Below, one piece after another: positions 61,187 through 64,000 of a stretch of DNA of 64,000 nt; position 1 is the stretch's first letter, and the number at the start of each line of letters is the position of its first letter. The notes under the pieces were generated by a model. The model was not told the origin of the DNA and did not search any database. It saw only the letters and a program-made list of their open reading frames with translations. Position numbers and translations under genes: made by a program. The DNA is from a virus: positions 32,001 through 96,000 of IMG/VR virus record IMGVR_UViG_3300037042_006682; one strand, 5' to 3'.

Positions 61187-61837
61187 TCAGAGGGGGGGCA
61201 GGCCGATGGGCTCCCAGACCGCGGCGCTGAGGCGCACCGTGGGGGCGTGGGTCTCCAGCCACGCGATGGCGCGCCGGCTCGGGGTGTGCGCGATCCCCCC
61301 GCGCCACGCGATGCTCGCGGAGGCCGCCAGCATCCGCGCCGCCACCGCGATGTCCGCGGTCCCGCACCCGTAGGCCCGCAGCTTCGCCGCGAGGGCCGCG
61401 GGGTCCAGGTGCCCCCCGTCGTACCAATAGGCCATCTCCAGGTTCGTCGCGTAGGCCTCGGCCTCGTAGCGCGCCCGCGCCGTGGGGTCCGTCATGTAGG
61501 CCCACTGCCAGCGCCAGCCCCCCGCGTCGTACTGCTCCACGTGCTGGTGCTCGTGGACGCACGTCGCGATCTCCTTGGCCAGCACCGCGGGGTCCTGCGA
61601 GGCGCCCACCGCGTAGGGCAGGTAGATGGTGCGGCCGATCGTGGTCGCATATCTCTTCATGAACGTCTGGGCGTCCTGGATCCCCATGAGGTCCAGGGCC
61701 CACCCCGCCGCCTGCATCGCGTTCGAGCCCCCCTTCTGGACCACCCGGCTGTGGTAGCCGCTGCTCATGTACCCGTACAGGTCGATCACTAGCGCCGGGG
61801 TCAGCGCGTGGTGCTCAGTCGTTGGGCTCGTCGTCAT
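61187..61837 (-). CDS. HExxH metallopeptidase-like protein (DUF4157-like)
   Basis: ATTIGRTIY, VHEHQHVEQ, YEAEAY. Confidence 0.65.
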   Translation of the reverse strand: MTTSPTTEHHALTPALVIDLYGYMSSGYHSRVVQKGGSNAMQAAGWALDLMGIQDAQTFMKRYATTIGRTIYLPYAVGASQDPAVLAKEIATCVHEHQHVEQYDAGGWRWQWAYMTDPTARARYEAEAYATNLEMAYWYDGGHLDPAALAAKLRAYGCGTADIAVAARMLAASASIAWRGGIAHTPSRRAIAWLETHAPTVRLSAAVWEPIGLPPL

Positions 61838-62002
61838 CGTCGCTCCTCACCTCCCCGATCCACGGGGAGCCTAGCCGCCAGGACTCGTCCTCCATCGCCC
61901 AGCGCGCGCGCAGGCGCCGCGCCTGGCGCTCCTCGTACTCCGCCGTCTCTTTGTCCACCTAAATGCGCCTCCAGGTCCAGGACGCGGGCCCCCGGCGCCC
62001 AC

Positions 62003-62377
62003 TCAGGGGACGGTGTCCCCGGCATCGCCCGCATCGACCATCTTGCCGGCGTCGGCAAAAGGGTCCCCCGCGTCCCCGCCGCACTCCGCGGCCGGCACGC
62101 ACGCCTCTTGGGCGGGGCAGCACGCCCAGACCCCCGGCGTCACGGTCGCGCAGTCCGCGACGAGGCCCCAGCGGCGGTCCGCGTCGCAGACCTCCAGGCG
62201 CGTCCCCGCGCACCGCAGGGCCTCGGGCGCGCACCCATCCGGGGCCGCCCTCGTGAGGTCGCACCCCGCGAGCACCATCGCGAGCACCCCGACGCCGATC
62301 CCCGCCCCGAGGCACAGGCCCACCAGGGCCCAGATCCACCGCTTTATGGTGTGCTTGTCGTCGCTCTGCATCCCCAT
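62003..62377 (-). CDS. Cys-rich putative lipoprotein
   Basis: Hydrophobic helix, LAGC lipobox, multiple Cys. Confidence 0.55.
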   Translation of the reverse strand: MGMQSDDKHTIKRWIWALVGLCLGAGIGVGVLAMVLAGCDLTRAAPDGCAPEALRCAGTRLEVCDADRRWGLVADCATVTPGVWACCPAQEACVPAAECGGDAGDPFADAGKMVDAGDAGDTVP

Positions 62378-63054
62378 CGCTCCTTGCGCACGCGCGTGCG
62401 CAGCCGTCAGTTGAGCTTGATCGCCGGGGTCGACGTTACCACGGCCCCCGGCGGCACCGCCACGATCGTCAGCTGGATCACATTGTTGGGCGTATCGAGG
62501 TCCAGCCGCGCCCAATCGTAGGGGGGCACCCCGACCCCGCGCTCCTTCAAGCCGTCCGTCAGCAGCTCCACGGCCTCCTGCAGGGAGAGGCGGTAGACCC
62601 GCGCCTCGCGCACCTCAGCCATCGGCGTCCTCCAGCCCGAGGAAGCCCTCGACGCCCGCCAGCCCGAGGCACGCGGGGCACGTGTCGAGCGCCCACGCGG
62701 GGCTCCGCCACACCCGCAGGCACGCGGGGCACGCCGCGGGGTGCCAGGCGTAGCCCAGCGCGGCCGAGAGCGCCGCCCGCAGGGCCGCCGGGGCCTTGCT
62801 CACCGGGATCACCTCGACGGTGGGGTGCGCCGCCACGTGGGCCGGGGCCCGGATCCGCGCCACGACCGCCTCGGCCGCCGCGCGGTGCGCCGCCTGGACC
62901 ACCACGAGCGGCTGGTCCCCCGCCACCGCGAGGTACCGCGTCACGCGCACCATGGGGATGATGTCCGCCCCAGGGCACCCCCACTGCGGCTGCGCCGCCA
63001 CGATGTCCGCGGACGCCGGCACCAGGGGCTTCTTGCGATTCTTCTTGCCGGCCA

Positions 63055-63693
63055 TCAGAGGAGGCCCCCCGCCTTGGCCTTGGCCCGCACCTCGACCGCC
63101 TTGTCCAGCGAGGGCAGCGGGGCAGGCGGCGCCTCGTAGGCCCGCGCCTTGAGCACGCGCTGCTCCTCCGTCGCCGTGTCCAGCATCCGCGCGAGGTCCG
63201 CGAGGTTCGCCTGGTCGCTCAGCGCCTCGGGGTCGGGGTCCTCCCCGAGGGATCCCGGCAGGGCCGCCACGCTCGTCGCCGCGGGGCGCCCCCCCACGTA
63301 CCCCGGCCGGTCGATCGGCGGGGCCGTCAGCGCGGGGCTCGCCGCCGCCGCGAGGGCGTCCCGCTGCGCCACCAGCAGCTTGAGGAGGTCGCGCACGTCC
63401 GCGAGGTCCCCCCGCAGCTCGGTGAGCTGCCCATCCACGTAGGTCACGCGCTCCCGGAGCACGGCGTAGGCCGTCTCCGCCTTGGCGTCCGCCACGTCCG
63501 CCTTGGCGTCCGCCCCGCTCAGAAACGCGAGGTTGCCCGGCACCAGGGCCGCGAGCAGCAGCAGCGCCTTGCCCGCCAGGAGGAGCCACGCGCGCTTCGT
63601 CCGCGCCGCCGGGGCCTGGCTCGCGGGGCCCGCCCCCGTCACGGTCTCCGCCGCCGCGTCCACTGTCTTCTGCACGTCATCCGCGAGCGTCAT
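63055..63693 (-). CDS. Membrane-anchored coiled-coil protein
   Basis: Hydrophobic segment followed by heptads. Confidence 0.5.
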   Translation of the reverse strand: MTLADDVQKTVDAAAETVTGAGPASQAPAARTKRAWLLLAGKALLLLAALVPGNLAFLSGADAKADVADAKAETAYAVLRERVTYVDGQLTELRGDLADVRDLLKLLVAQRDALAAAASPALTAPPIDRPGYVGGRPAATSVAALPGSLGEDPDPEALSDQANLADLARMLDTATEEQRVLKARAYEAPPAPLPSLDKAVEVRAKAKAGGLL

Positions 63694-64000
63694 GGTTGAT
63701 TGTCCTTGTTAAATCCTGTTTTTAACATCTTCGCTTAACCCCACTAGGGCATCACGGGCAAGGTCTGCCCACAAGTCGGGCAGCACCGGGCGCCCAGCCG
63801 GCAATCCACGCAGGTCTCGATCGCCCAGGGCTCACAGGTGTGTACCTTGCCGCAGGCCGGGCACGGCGCCTCGTAGTTCACCAGATCGTGCTGCGCCGCG
63901 ACCTCCGCCTTCCGCTCCGCCGACATCTCCGTGTAGGGCGGGATCGCCACGGCCCGCAGCCAGGTCTGCGCCTCCGCGGGCGTAGTCCCGATCCCCGCCG

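Noticed and set aside
1-64000. Alternative genetic code, reverse transcriptase/DGR/retron, integrase or att site
   Set aside because: Conserved genes are intact in the standard code; no RT or recombinase motifs and no TR/VR pair were seen

Overview
A 64 kb segment of a large, very GC-rich tailed phage. No integrase or host chromosomal genes are visible, and essentially all genes are on the minus strand. From left to right it holds: the N-terminus of a T4 gp20-like portal; a terminase large subunit with three inteins; a RuvC-like resolvase; a C5 DNA methyltransferase split over two overlapping frames; a Cas4-like nuclease; about 14 kb of small accessory genes; an SMC/SbcC-like ATPase; a GIY-YIG homing endonuclease; an Hjc-like nuclease; RecA; Gp157; an MT-A70 methyltransferase; an SF2 helicase with two inteins; a tRNA-like RNA, an HNH gene and a tmRNA; SSB, primase, DnaB and a DnaC-like loader with an intein; KhpA; a lytic transglycosylase; more accessory genes; and a HARP/SNF2 helicase. 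The most striking observation is that two unrelated inteins (TerL Walker B site, helicase DExH site) have no in-frame homing endonuclease. Each instead contains a complete endonuclease gene with its own SD, ATG and stop, overprinted in the +1 frame while the intein frame stays open. Also notable are two intergenic tRNA-shaped RNAs with aberrant anticodon arms, a tmRNA with a U discriminator, an 18-bp palindrome that repeatedly abuts ribosome-binding sites, and a conserved GTTGACAAAC promoter family. All calls come from reading motifs by eye; no database searches or folding programs were run.
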